NCBI GenBank assembly: GCA_034666805.1
Contig: JAXDLD010000475.1
Location: 1 to 38,374, forward strand
Direction of reading: 5' to 3'
DNA length: 38,374 bases
Source of the DNA: Acidobacteriota bacterium
Lineage (GTDB): Bacteria; Acidobacteriota; Thermoanaerobaculia; Multivoradales; UBA5704
The translations under genes were made by a program, and so were the position numbers. The notes below the pieces were generated by a model. That model ran no database searches. It was given only the letters and a program-made list of their open reading frames with translations, and was not told the origin of the DNA. Positions 7,013 to 16,092 of this stretch are shown in pieces; within the stretch, counting starts at the first letter, position 1, and every line of letters starts with the position of its first letter.

Positions 7013-9191
7013 GCGCCCCGGGTTTCGCCACCACGAACGGAATCGAGCTCGTCTGCCGGGCTCCCCCGCCGTCGGTCAAGGTGACCTGGAGCTGGTAGTC
7101 GCCCGGCTGGAGCTGCGGCGCCTTGAAGCTCGCCGTCAGACGGTCGGGGTTGGCGGCGCCGCCGCGCTCGCGGTCGGTCACCTTCAAGTCGGCCGCCTGG
7201 AGCTCCTTGCCGTCCGCGCCGAGCACCTTGGCATCGGTCTTGACCTCGCCGGCGCCCAGGTTGTAGACGACGAGCGAGAGCTGGGCGTTCTGCCCGGCCC
7301 CGAGCACCGGCCGCGAGGAGGGGATGTAGGGCTGCTCCCGCATCATGAATGGGTAGGGCGGGTTCTGGCCCGTCGCCGCGGCTCCGCGCGGCGCCTCGCG
7401 GGTCATGAGCCACTTGCCCGGCGGCTCGGGGAAGAAGGGGGGCAGGAGGACCGGGCCCGCGGCCTGGGCGAAGGCCGGCACCTTGACCGGCACCACCCGC
7501 AGGCTGAACGCCCCGGTCTTGCCGTTCCTTACCAGCACCCGGACCGAGTAGTCGCCCGGCGGCAGGTCGAGGTGGCCGAAGAACTTCAGGCCCCCCGCCT
7601 TGAGCTGGGGACCGACCTTGGCCAGGGCGAGCCCCAGGTTCTGGGAGAAGAAGTCGCGCACGGCGCCCGAGCCGTCCAAGGCGTAGGCGTAGATTTCGGT
7701 CGGGACGACGTCGCCCTGGAGGTTGGCGAGGAGGCCCGGGCCGTCGATCTCGGCGACGATGGGCACGTAGGCCGTGGGCCCGGCGTTCAAGTGGAAGGGG
7801 GCGGCCAGGACCGACATGGCGATCGACCCGCTCTCGATGCCGCCGACGATCGTGTCCGCCGCGTCGAGGACCCGCTCGAGCGGGTTGCGCTGGGCGAACG
7901 GCCGGGGGGCGTAGTAGCCCGGCTTGACGACCACCCGGGTGCCGCGCGGCGCGTTCTTCAAATCGACCTTGATCTTGTGGTATTGGCCGTCGAGCTTCAG
8001 GTCCTCGGGCTGCACGGTGAGGACGTAGGTGACGCTCGTCCGCTTGAGCATCTGCCCCATGGCGCCGCCTAAGTCGTTCCAGTTTTCGTAGAGCTCGCCG
8101 CCAGTCTCCTTGGCCATGGCGAAGAGGGCTTCCTTGCCGTTCGGCCGCACGAACCCCAGGTCCCCCTGGCCGCGGAGGCCGCCGATGTCGACCGCCTGGA
8201 TGACGCAGTCCGCCCGGCGGAACTCCTCGTACAGCTTCTCCATCTGATTCAAGGTCTTGATGTCGCCGGTGCTCCCTTCGGTGGAGCGCGCCCAGGGGGT
8301 GGTTTCGTTGGTGAGGGAGCTCTGCGCCTGTTCCTGCGGGTCCGAGGGGGTGCTGCCGGTCAGAAGCGAGCTGTCGAACCCCTCGGAGAGGAAGACGACG
8401 TACTTCCTGCCGTCGACGTTGCCCATCATCCGGCCGAGGTCGGCGATCGAGCGGGAGAAGGCCACTACCCGGTTCACCTGGTTCTGCCGGTCCTGGCGCC
8501 CGGTGGCCTCGGAGAGGCTCTTCAAGGTGTCGAGCAGCTCGCCCTCCCTTTCGGCCTTGTTGTCGAAGGAGTTGGCATTGATGCTGCGGGTCGTGGAGAA
8601 GCTCGACTCGTGGAGCTCCGACTCATACACCAGGCGCAACGGGTCCGCCCCCTGGCTGCGCTCGGTCGGCTTGGCGACCCCCAGGGTCTCGATCGCCGAG
8701 GCGATCTGCCGGCGGTCGGCGGTGAAGCCCAGGGCGAGCTGAGGCCCCCGGGCCCCGCTGTAGGTGGCGACCGCCACCAGGTCGGTCGGATGGAGCGAAT
8801 TGGCGACCAGGGTCTGGGCCGACTGGCGGGCCTTCAAGATCGACTTGGGCTCGGAGAAGGTCAGGTCGAAGAGCAGGAGGAAGTGCCGCCGCGCCGCCGT
8901 CGGCACCGGCGCCGCGCCCGGTTGGGAGGGCGCGGAGGCGAGGTCGACGACGTCGAAGCCGGTGACCTTGAGCTTCTTGCGCCCCTCGCTGACCTCGAAG
9001 TCGTTGACGGTCAGGCCGCGCACCGGTAGGCCGTCCTTGACGACCTCGACCGGCAGCTCGATGGCGACGACGTTGGCCGTCTCGCCGTTGAACCTCTCGG
9101 CGGACGCCGGCGGCGCGGCCGGGGCGAGCAGGGCCGCCGCGGCGAAGGCGAACCCCGCGGCCAGCGGCCAGAATTTTTTCTTCCCAGGCAT
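7005..9191 (-). CDS. exported VWA-domain protein, paralog 1 (TIGR03436-like acidobacterial VWFA-related family)
   Basis: Start taken at MPGKKKFWPLAAGFAFAAAALLAPAAPPASA (signal peptide, G-rich SD); the track start is 9227. VWA core RRHFLLLFDLTFSEPKS...DLVAVATYS...RKYVVFLSEGFDS...CVIQAVDIGG. Beta-rich C-terminal half. Confidence 0.85.
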   Translation of the reverse strand: MPGKKKFWPLAAGFAFAAAALLAPAAPPASAERFNGETANVVAIELPVEVVKDGLPVRGLTVNDFEVSEGRKKLKVTGFDVVDLASAPSQPGAAPVPTAARRHFLLLFDLTFSEPKSILKARQSAQTLVANSLHPTDLVAVATYSGARGPQLALGFTADRRQIASAIETLGVAKPTERSQGADPLRLVYESELHESSFSTTRSINANSFDNKAEREGELLDTLKSLSEATGRQDRQNQVNRVVAFSRSIADLGRMMGNVDGRKYVVFLSEGFDSSLLTGSTPSDPQEQAQSSLTNETTPWARSTEGSTGDIKTLNQMEKLYEEFRRADCVIQAVDIGGLRGQGDLGFVRPNGKEALFAMAKETGGELYENWNDLGGAMGQMLKRTSVTYVLTVQPEDLKLDGQYHKIKVDLKNAPRGTRVVVKPGYYAPRPFAQRNPLERVLDAADTIVGGIESGSIAMSVLAAPFHLNAGPTAYVPIVAEIDGPGLLANLQGDVVPTEIYAYALDGSGAVRDFFSQNLGLALAKVGPQLKAGGLKFFGHLDLPPGDYSVRVLVRNGKTGAFSLRVVPVKVPAFAQAAGPVLLPPFFPEPPGKWLMTREAPRGAAATGQNPPYPFMMREQPYIPSSRPVLGAGQNAQLSLVVYNLGAGEVKTDAKVLGADGKELQAADLKVTDRERGGAANPDRLTASFKAPQLQPGDYQLQVTLTDGGGARQTSSIPFVVAKPGARG

Positions 9192-9260
9192 AAAGTCCCC
9201 CTTTCGGACTCGGATCGAACGGTTCATCAGGTCCTCATTTCAGTTTTCAGAGACTCTACC

Positions 9261-11465
9261 CTATCCCTGTTGTCCGGGCTTGGCGACGACGAACGGGATC
9301 GAGCTCGTCTGTCGGGCCCCCCCGGCGGCGGTGAGCGTCACCTGGAGCCGGTACTCGCCGGGAGCGAGCGGCGGCGCCTTGAAGCTCGCCGTCAGCCGGT
9401 CGGGGCGCGCGTCGCCCCCGCGCTCGCGGTCGGTCACCGCGAGGGCGGCCCCCGGCACCTCCTTGCCGTCCACCCCCAGCACCCGGGCGCCGGCCGTGAC
9501 CTCGCCGCCACCCAGGTTGTAGGCGACGAGCGAGAGCTCCGCGCCCTGCCCCGGCCCGAGCACCAGCCGGGAGGCCGGGACATAGGCCTTCTCCCGCGCC
9601 ATGAAGGGGTAGGGCGTGTCCTCCGGCGCCACCCCGCGCGGCACCTCGCGGGTGAGCAGCCAGCGCCCCGGTGGATCGTGGAAGAAGGGCGGCAGGAGGA
9701 ACGGGCCCGCCTCCGCGAAGGCCGGCACCGAAACCGGCACCACCCGCAGGCTGTGCGCCCCGGTCCTACCGTTCCTGACCAGCACCCGCAACGAGTAGTC
9801 TCCCGGCGGCAGGTCCAGGTGGCCGAAGAACTTCAAGCCCCCGGACTCGAGCTGGGGTCCGACCTTGAGGAGGTCGAGGTTCAGGTTCTGCGAGAAGAAG
9901 TCGCGCACGCCGCCGGCCGCGTCCAGGGCGTAGGCGTAGATCTCGGCGGGGGCGACGTCGCCGCCGAAGCCGGCGAGCAGGCCCGGGCCGTCGACCTCGA
10001 TGAGCACCGGCACGTAGGCGGTAGTGCCGGCCAAGTGCCGGAACGGCGCCGCCAGCACCGACATGGCGATCGTCCCGCTCTCGACTCCGCCGACGATCGT
10101 GTCGGCCGCGTCCAGGGCCCGCTCGACCGGGTTGTGCGCCGCGAACGGCTTGGGGGCGTAGTAGCCGGGCTTGGCGATCACCCGCGCCCCGCGCGGGTTC
10201 TTCAAGGTGACGTGGATCTCGTGGTAGGCGCCGTCGAGCCTGAGGTCCTCGGGCTCCAGGGTGAGGACGTAGGTGACGCTCGTCCGCGCGAGCATCTGTC
10301 CCATGGCGGCGCCGAGGTCGTTCCAGTTCTCGTACAGCTCGCCCCCGGTCTCCCGGGCCATGCTGAAGAGGGCGTCCTTGCCGCTGGGCCGGGTATAGCC
10401 CAGGGTCCCGTCGCCGCCCGCGGCGCGCACACCGCCGATGTCGACCGCCTGGATGACGCAGTCGGCGCGGCGGAACTGCTCGAACATCTTCTCCAGCCGG
10501 TTCTGGGTCCGGGTGTCGCCGTGGCGGGCGTCGCTGTCGATCGTCCACTGCTGGGTCTCGGGGTTGGAGCTCAAGTTGGCGTTGGGGTTGATCGCATGGT
10601 TGTCGTCCGCGACCGGCGTGCTGCCGGTCAGGAGGGTGCTGTCGAACCCCTCGGAGAGATAGACGACGTACTTGCGCCCCCGGACGGTCGCCATCGTCCG
10701 CGCGAGGTCGGCGAGCGAACGCGAGAGGCCGATGACCCGGTCCTGCTGGTTCTCCCGGCTCTGGCGCTCGAGGTGCTCGTCCAAGGCGACCAGGTTGTCG
10801 AGGAGCTCGTTGGTGCGGTCGACCTGGCTCCCCTGCTTCCCGACGAGGAATCTCTCGATCTGATTGGGGAGCTGAGTCTCGGCCACCACCAGGCGCAAGG
10901 GATCGCTCCCCGCGTTGCGCTCGAGGGGCTGGGTGAGCCCGAGGGCAGAGATCGCCGCGGCGATCTGCCGCCGGTCGGAGGTGAAGCCCAAGGCGAGCTG
11001 CGGCCCCTTGGCCGCGCTGTAGGTGGCGACGGCCACGAGGTCGCTCGGATGGAGGGCCTTGGCGACCAGGTCCGCCGCGGCCTCGCGGGCCTTGACGACC
11101 GACTTGGGCTCGGAGAAGGTGAGGTCGAAGAGGAGGAGGAAGTGGCGCCGGGCGGCGATGGAGGGCGAGGCCGACGGCGACGGCGGCGACGAGGCGACAC
11201 CCGGCCGGGCCGGGGCGGCGAGGTCGACGACGTCGAAGCCGGCGATCTTCTGCTTCTTGCGCCCCTCGGTGACCTCGAAGTCGGCGGCGGAGAGGCCGCG
11301 CACCGGCTGGCCGTCCCGGACGACCTCGACCGGCACCTCGACGGCGACGACGTTGGCGGTCGCCCCGTCGAACCTCTCGGCCTTCGCCCGCGACGCGGCC
11401 GGGGCGAGGAGAGCGAGGGCGAGAAGCGTGGAACCGAGGGCGGCCGGCGAGAAGCGGTTCTGCAT
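9261..11465 (-). CDS. exported VWA-domain protein, paralog 2
   Basis: GGAGG SD; signal peptide MQNRFSPAALGSTLLALALLAPAASRA. Colinear with paralogs 1 and 3 over the full length (RRHFLLLFDLTFSEPKS, RKYVVYLSEGFDS, CVIQAVDIGG, LKFFGHLDLPPGDYSLRVLVRNG). Confidence 0.85.
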   Translation of the reverse strand: MQNRFSPAALGSTLLALALLAPAASRAKAERFDGATANVVAVEVPVEVVRDGQPVRGLSAADFEVTEGRKKQKIAGFDVVDLAAPARPGVASSPPSPSASPSIAARRHFLLLFDLTFSEPKSVVKAREAAADLVAKALHPSDLVAVATYSAAKGPQLALGFTSDRRQIAAAISALGLTQPLERNAGSDPLRLVVAETQLPNQIERFLVGKQGSQVDRTNELLDNLVALDEHLERQSRENQQDRVIGLSRSLADLARTMATVRGRKYVVYLSEGFDSTLLTGSTPVADDNHAINPNANLSSNPETQQWTIDSDARHGDTRTQNRLEKMFEQFRRADCVIQAVDIGGVRAAGGDGTLGYTRPSGKDALFSMARETGGELYENWNDLGAAMGQMLARTSVTYVLTLEPEDLRLDGAYHEIHVTLKNPRGARVIAKPGYYAPKPFAAHNPVERALDAADTIVGGVESGTIAMSVLAAPFRHLAGTTAYVPVLIEVDGPGLLAGFGGDVAPAEIYAYALDAAGGVRDFFSQNLNLDLLKVGPQLESGGLKFFGHLDLPPGDYSLRVLVRNGRTGAHSLRVVPVSVPAFAEAGPFLLPPFFHDPPGRWLLTREVPRGVAPEDTPYPFMAREKAYVPASRLVLGPGQGAELSLVAYNLGGGEVTAGARVLGVDGKEVPGAALAVTDRERGGDARPDRLTASFKAPPLAPGEYRLQVTLTAAGGARQTSSIPFVVAKPGQQG

Positions 11466-11474
11466 GAAGCCTCC

Positions 11475-13676
11475 TTATCGTTTCGCCATGACGAACGGGA
11501 TCGAGCTCGTCTGCCGAGCCCCGGAGCCGGAGGTCACGCTGATCTCGAGCTGGTACTCGCCGGGGGCGAGCTCCGGCCCCTTGAGGCTCGCCGTCAGCCG
11601 GTCGGGGCGGGCGGCGCTCCCGCGCTCGCGGTCGGTGACGGTCAAGACCGCCGGCTGCATCTCCTTGCCGTCGGCGCCCAGGACCTTGGCGGAGGCATGG
11701 ACCTCGCCCTCGCCCAGGTTGTAGACGACTAAGGAGAGCTTCGCGTCCCGCCCCGCCCCGAGCACCGGCCGGGAGGCCGGGATGTAGGGCTCCTCCCGCA
11801 TCATGAACGGATAGGGCACCTCCTGCCCGGCGGCCACCGCCCCGCGCTGGGCCTCGCGGGTCAGGAGCCAGCGGCCCGGCGGCTCGGGGAAGAAGGGGGG
11901 AAGGAGGAACGGACCGGCCTGGGCGAACGCCGGCACCTTGACCGCCACCACCTTCAAGCCGTAGGCGCCGGTCTTGCCGTTCCTTACCAGCACCCGGAGC
12001 GAATAGTCGCCCGCCGGCAGGTCCAGATGGCCGAAGAACTTCAAGCCGCCCTGCTTGACCTGGGGACCGACCTTGACGAGGTCGAGCCCGAGGTTCTGTG
12101 AGAAGAAGTCGCGCACGGCGCCGGCGCCGTCCAGGGCATAGGAGTAGATCTCGGTGGGCACGACGTCCCCCGGCTGGTTGGCGAGGAGGCCCGGGCCGTC
12201 GACCTCGATCAGGACCGGGACGTAGGCCGCCGCCCCGGCAGCGGGCCGGAAGGCCGCCGCCAGCACCGAGGTCGCGATCGCCCCGCCCTCGGTGCCGCCG
12301 ACGATCGCGTCGGCGGCGTCGAGCATCCGCTCGAGCGGGTTCCTCTGGGCGAAGGGCTTGGGGGCGTAGTAGCCGGGCTTGGCGACCACCCGGGTGCCGC
12401 GCGGCGCGCTCTTCAATCCCACCGTGATGCGGTGGTAGGCGCCATCGAGCTTCAGGTCCTCGGGCTGCACGGTGAGGACGTAGGTGACGCTCGTGCGGGT
12501 GAGCATCTGCCCCATGGCGCCGCCCAAGTCGTTGTAGTTCTCATAGAGTTCGCCGCCCGTCTCCTTGGCCAGGCTGAAGAGGGCCTCCCGGCCGTTGCCC
12601 GCCCCGCCGCCGCGCAGGCCGCCGATGTCGACCGCCTGGATGACGCAGTCGGCGCGGCGGAGCTCCTCGAAGGTCTTCTCCAGCCGGTTGAGGGTCCGGG
12701 TGTCGCCGTGGCGCGCCTCGGTGTCGGTCGCCCAGGGCTGGGTCGCCGGGTCGACGGTGGCGGTCGGGTTGACGGGATCGGCCTGGGTCTGCTGCTGCAT
12801 CTCGTCCCGGCTCTCCACCCTGCCGGTCATGAGCGAGCCATCGAACCCCTCGGAGAGGTAGACGACGTACTTGCGCCCGTCGACGTTGCCCAGGGTCTTG
12901 GCGAGGTCGGCAAGCGAGCGGGAGAGGGCGAGGACGCGGTTCTGCTGCTCCTGCCGGTTCTGCCGGTCGGCCTGGGCCCCGAGGGCCGAGCCCGGGGCGC
13001 CGAATGCGTCCGTGCCGAGGCTCGGATCCGGGCTCCCGTTGGCGGTGCCCAAGTCCTGCTGGCCGCCGACCGCCGGGACCTGCGCCACCACCAGGCGCAG
13101 GGGATCGGCCGTCTTGCCGCGGTCGAGCGGCCGGCCGAGGTTCTCGATCGCCCAGTCGATCTGCCGGCGGTCGGAGGTGAAGTCGAGGGCGAGCTGCGAG
13201 CCCTGGGCCGCGCTGTAGGTGACGACCGCCACGAGATCGCTCGGGTGGAGCGCTTTCAAGACCAGGTCGCGGGCCGCCTGGCGGGCTTTGACGATCGACT
13301 TGGGATCGGAGAAGGCGAAGTCGAAGAGAAGGAGGAAGTGCCGCCGCGCGGCGATTGCCAGAGGCGCCAGAGGCGCGAGCGCCGCCGTCCCCGGCTGGTT
13401 CGAGGCGGTGGCCAGGTCGACGACGTCGAAGCCGGTCACCTTGAGCTTCTTGCGCCCCTCGGCGACCTCGAAGTCGGCGGCGGCAAGTCCGCGCACCGGC
13501 TGGCCGTCCTTGACGACCTCGACCGGGATCTCGATCGCGACGACGTTGGTGGCAGCGCCGGCGAAGCGCTCGGCCGCCGCCTCCGGAACGGCGGGGAGGG
13601 CCGTCATCCCCATCGTCCCCAGGGCAAACACGAGGAGAGGTCCCGCGGCAGGCGGCAGGAAACGGCGGCAAGACAT
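11475..13676 (-). CDS. exported VWA-domain protein, paralog 3 (MIDAS-degenerate)
   Basis: Same architecture as paralogs 1 and 2, but the metal-site motif reads FDFAFSDPKS. Only 9 nt separate its stop from the paralog 2 start. Confidence 0.85.
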   Translation of the reverse strand: MSCRRFLPPAAGPLLVFALGTMGMTALPAVPEAAAERFAGAATNVVAIEIPVEVVKDGQPVRGLAAADFEVAEGRKKLKVTGFDVVDLATASNQPGTAALAPLAPLAIAARRHFLLLFDFAFSDPKSIVKARQAARDLVLKALHPSDLVAVVTYSAAQGSQLALDFTSDRRQIDWAIENLGRPLDRGKTADPLRLVVAQVPAVGGQQDLGTANGSPDPSLGTDAFGAPGSALGAQADRQNRQEQQNRVLALSRSLADLAKTLGNVDGRKYVVYLSEGFDGSLMTGRVESRDEMQQQTQADPVNPTATVDPATQPWATDTEARHGDTRTLNRLEKTFEELRRADCVIQAVDIGGLRGGGAGNGREALFSLAKETGGELYENYNDLGGAMGQMLTRTSVTYVLTVQPEDLKLDGAYHRITVGLKSAPRGTRVVAKPGYYAPKPFAQRNPLERMLDAADAIVGGTEGGAIATSVLAAAFRPAAGAAAYVPVLIEVDGPGLLANQPGDVVPTEIYSYALDGAGAVRDFFSQNLGLDLVKVGPQVKQGGLKFFGHLDLPAGDYSLRVLVRNGKTGAYGLKVVAVKVPAFAQAGPFLLPPFFPEPPGRWLLTREAQRGAVAAGQEVPYPFMMREEPYIPASRPVLGAGRDAKLSLVVYNLGEGEVHASAKVLGADGKEMQPAVLTVTDRERGSAARPDRLTASLKGPELAPGEYQLEISVTSGSGARQTSSIPFVMAKR

Positions 13677-13706
13677 GAGCCCCCCCCTTTCGGGATCAGG
13701 AAGAAT

Positions 13707-16028
13707 TCAGTTGACGACGAACGGGACGGAGCTCTCCCGCTTGCTGCCGGTCGCCGGGTTGCTGACCGCCACCCGGAGGACGTAGTCGCCCGCCGGCAGG
13801 CCCCGGGGCTCGAAGGTGGCGAGGAGCTTGTCGACCCCCGCGATGCCGGTCGCGGTGCGCTCGACGAGCGACAGGAGCCCGCCGGGCAGCACCTGCCCCT
13901 GGGCGGAGAGGACCTCGCCGTCGACCGCCAGCTTGCCGGCGCCCATGTTGTAGGCCACCAGGCAGAGCTTCGCCTTCTTCTCGCTCGACAGGGAGGGTCG
14001 GGCGGCGGGCACGTAGGGCTGGCCGTTGACGGTGAAGGGGTAGACGACCGAGCCGGACCCCTCCCCCGCGGCGCCCCCCTTCGGATGCTCGCGCACCATG
14101 AGCCAGCGGCCCGGCGCCTCGAAGAAGAGGGGGGGCAGGAGGTCGGGCTGCGCCTCGCCGTAGGCGGGGACGACGAGCGCCGAGTTCGCCGTCCCCGTCC
14201 GCCCGGTGTCGGCGTTCCGGACGAGGACCCGCACCCGGTACTGCCCGGGCGGGAGGTCCAGGTGACCGTAGTACTTGACCCCGGAGTCGAGGAGAGCCTG
14301 GCGCCCCTTCGCCACGTCGAGACCGAAGACCTGGGTGAAGAAGTCCTTCATCTCGCCGCGCTGGTTGGTGACGTAGGTGTAGAGCTCGAGCTTGAGCTTG
14401 TCGCCCTTCTGGCCGGCGAGGAGGCCCTTCCCCCCGGCCTCGATGATCACCGGCACGTAGGCGCGGTCGCGGGCGGCACGGAACGGCGCCACCAGGAGCG
14501 AGATGTCGACGTCTCGCCGCGGCACGGCGCTCAGGATGCCGTCCGAGGCGAGCAGGTTGCGCTCCAGGGCATCGAGCGAGCGGAACGGCCGCGGCGCGTA
14601 GTAGCCGGTGCGGTAGGAGAGCCGGGCGCCGGCCGGCAGCTTGGCCTTGACCCGCAGCCGGTGGTAGGCGCCGTCGAGCTTCAGGTCGCTGCGCTCGAAG
14701 GTCAGGAGGTAGGTGACGGTCGTCCGGTCGAGCACCCGGTCGAGCTGCTGGCGCAGGTTGTTGGCATCCTTGAACAGCTCGCCGCCGGTCTCGTTGGCCA
14801 TGTAGAAGAGCGCGTCCTGGCCGGTGTTGCGGATCGAGCCCGAGAGGTCGGCCCCGGCGCGCAGGCCGCCGATGTCGACCGCCTGGATGACGCAGTCGGC
14901 GCGGCGGAACTGCTCGAGCATGTCGTTGACCGACTTCTGGAGCTGGGTGTTGCCGAAGCGGTTGTCGCTGTCCACCCGCTCGTGGTGGCCCTCCAGGATG
15001 TCGGAATTCTCCTCTTCGGACTCGCTCCCCTCGGGGTTGCGGCCAAGGAGCAGCCGGCTGTCGAAACCCTCGGAGAAGTAGATCAGGTACTTGCGCCCCT
15101 TGACGCTGTCTAAGGCCTTCGCCAGGTCCCCCATCGAGCGGGCGAGCGCCTTGATCCGGGTGCGCTCGAAGCTGCGCTGGTCGCGGTCGGCCGCCTTGCC
15201 CACCGCCTTGATGCTCTCCAAGAGCGCCGCCTCGGTGTCCGCCCGGAGCTCGGCCGACTGGGGGGAGGTGTTGGAGTCCCGCGCGGTGCCGACGACGGTA
15301 TCCGACACCGGCTCCTCAATGACGAAGCGCAGGGGATCGACGCGCTGGGTCGACTGCGCGAGCTGGCGCGTTCCCAGGGTGTCGATGCCGCGCGCGAGCT
15401 GCGCCCGGTCGGAGGTGAAGGTGACGACCAGGCGCGGGCCGGTGTCGATCGAGAAGGTGGCGACGGCGGCGAGATCGGTGGGACGCAGAGACTGGAGGAG
15501 GAAGTCGCGCGCCGCCAGGCGGGCTTTCAACACGGCGATGGGATTCGAGAACGAGAGGTCGAAGAGCAGGAGGAAGTGGCGCCGGGCCGAGGAGACCGGT
15601 TCGGCGGCGGGGGGCGGCGGCACGGGCGCCGCCTGGGCGGCCGGCGGGGGGGAGAGGGTTTCCAGGTCCACCACCTCGAAGCCGGTGACCGGTTGCGCCG
15701 CGCCCTCGTCGTAGACCTCGAAGTCGGTGGCCTTGAGGCCGCGCACCGGCTGGCCGTCGCGCCCGGTGACGTTGACCGGCACCTCGACGGCTAAGACCTG
15801 CGAGGTGTCCTCGAACCGCTCCCTGGGGCCGGTCGCTTTCGGCGGCGTGCCGGTTGCCGGGGGTGGCGCCGGAGTCGCCGGGGTCGCCGAGGTGGCCGGC
15901 GGCGGCAGCGAGGGAGTGGCGGCGGCCACGGGCGACATTGGAGCCAGGAGGGCCAGGGGGAACGCCAGGAGGGCGATCGCCAGGGACAGGGGCTTCTGGG
16001 CGGGCATCTTCTGGGCGGGCATCGTCAT
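13707..16028 (-). CDS. exported VWA-domain protein, paralog 4 (divergent, canonical DxSxS MIDAS)
   Basis: Start placed at MTMPAQKMPAQKPLSLAIALLAFPLALLAP (GGAGAGG SD; avoids overlap with the upstream gene); the track start is 16190. Pro/Ala/Thr-rich linker, then RRHFLLLFDLSFSNP, RKYLIYFSEGFDS, CVIQAVDIGG. Confidence 0.85.
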   Translation of the reverse strand: MTMPAQKMPAQKPLSLAIALLAFPLALLAPMSPVAAATPSLPPPATSATPATPAPPPATGTPPKATGPRERFEDTSQVLAVEVPVNVTGRDGQPVRGLKATDFEVYDEGAAQPVTGFEVVDLETLSPPPAAQAAPVPPPPAAEPVSSARRHFLLLFDLSFSNPIAVLKARLAARDFLLQSLRPTDLAAVATFSIDTGPRLVVTFTSDRAQLARGIDTLGTRQLAQSTQRVDPLRFVIEEPVSDTVVGTARDSNTSPQSAELRADTEAALLESIKAVGKAADRDQRSFERTRIKALARSMGDLAKALDSVKGRKYLIYFSEGFDSRLLLGRNPEGSESEEENSDILEGHHERVDSDNRFGNTQLQKSVNDMLEQFRRADCVIQAVDIGGLRAGADLSGSIRNTGQDALFYMANETGGELFKDANNLRQQLDRVLDRTTVTYLLTFERSDLKLDGAYHRLRVKAKLPAGARLSYRTGYYAPRPFRSLDALERNLLASDGILSAVPRRDVDISLLVAPFRAARDRAYVPVIIEAGGKGLLAGQKGDKLKLELYTYVTNQRGEMKDFFTQVFGLDVAKGRQALLDSGVKYYGHLDLPPGQYRVRVLVRNADTGRTGTANSALVVPAYGEAQPDLLPPLFFEAPGRWLMVREHPKGGAAGEGSGSVVYPFTVNGQPYVPAARPSLSSEKKAKLCLVAYNMGAGKLAVDGEVLSAQGQVLPGGLLSLVERTATGIAGVDKLLATFEPRGLPAGDYVLRVAVSNPATGSKRESSVPFVVN

Positions 16029-16092
16029 CGGACCTCTCCGGGAAAGAGGCGGGACCGCTTCGGCAGCGCGGAGGGAACGGCGGCGCGCTCTG

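Noticed and set aside
9270-15113. 820-aa (9270..11732) and 893-aa (12432..15113) plus-strand ORFs opposite the VWA genes, plus many 100-380-aa ORFs in other frames
   Set aside because: These are shadow ORFs. They have monotonous Arg/Gly/Pro/Glu/Asp composition, they span gene junctions, and the minus-strand frames carry signal peptides, SD sites and conserved VWA motifs in four paralogs.
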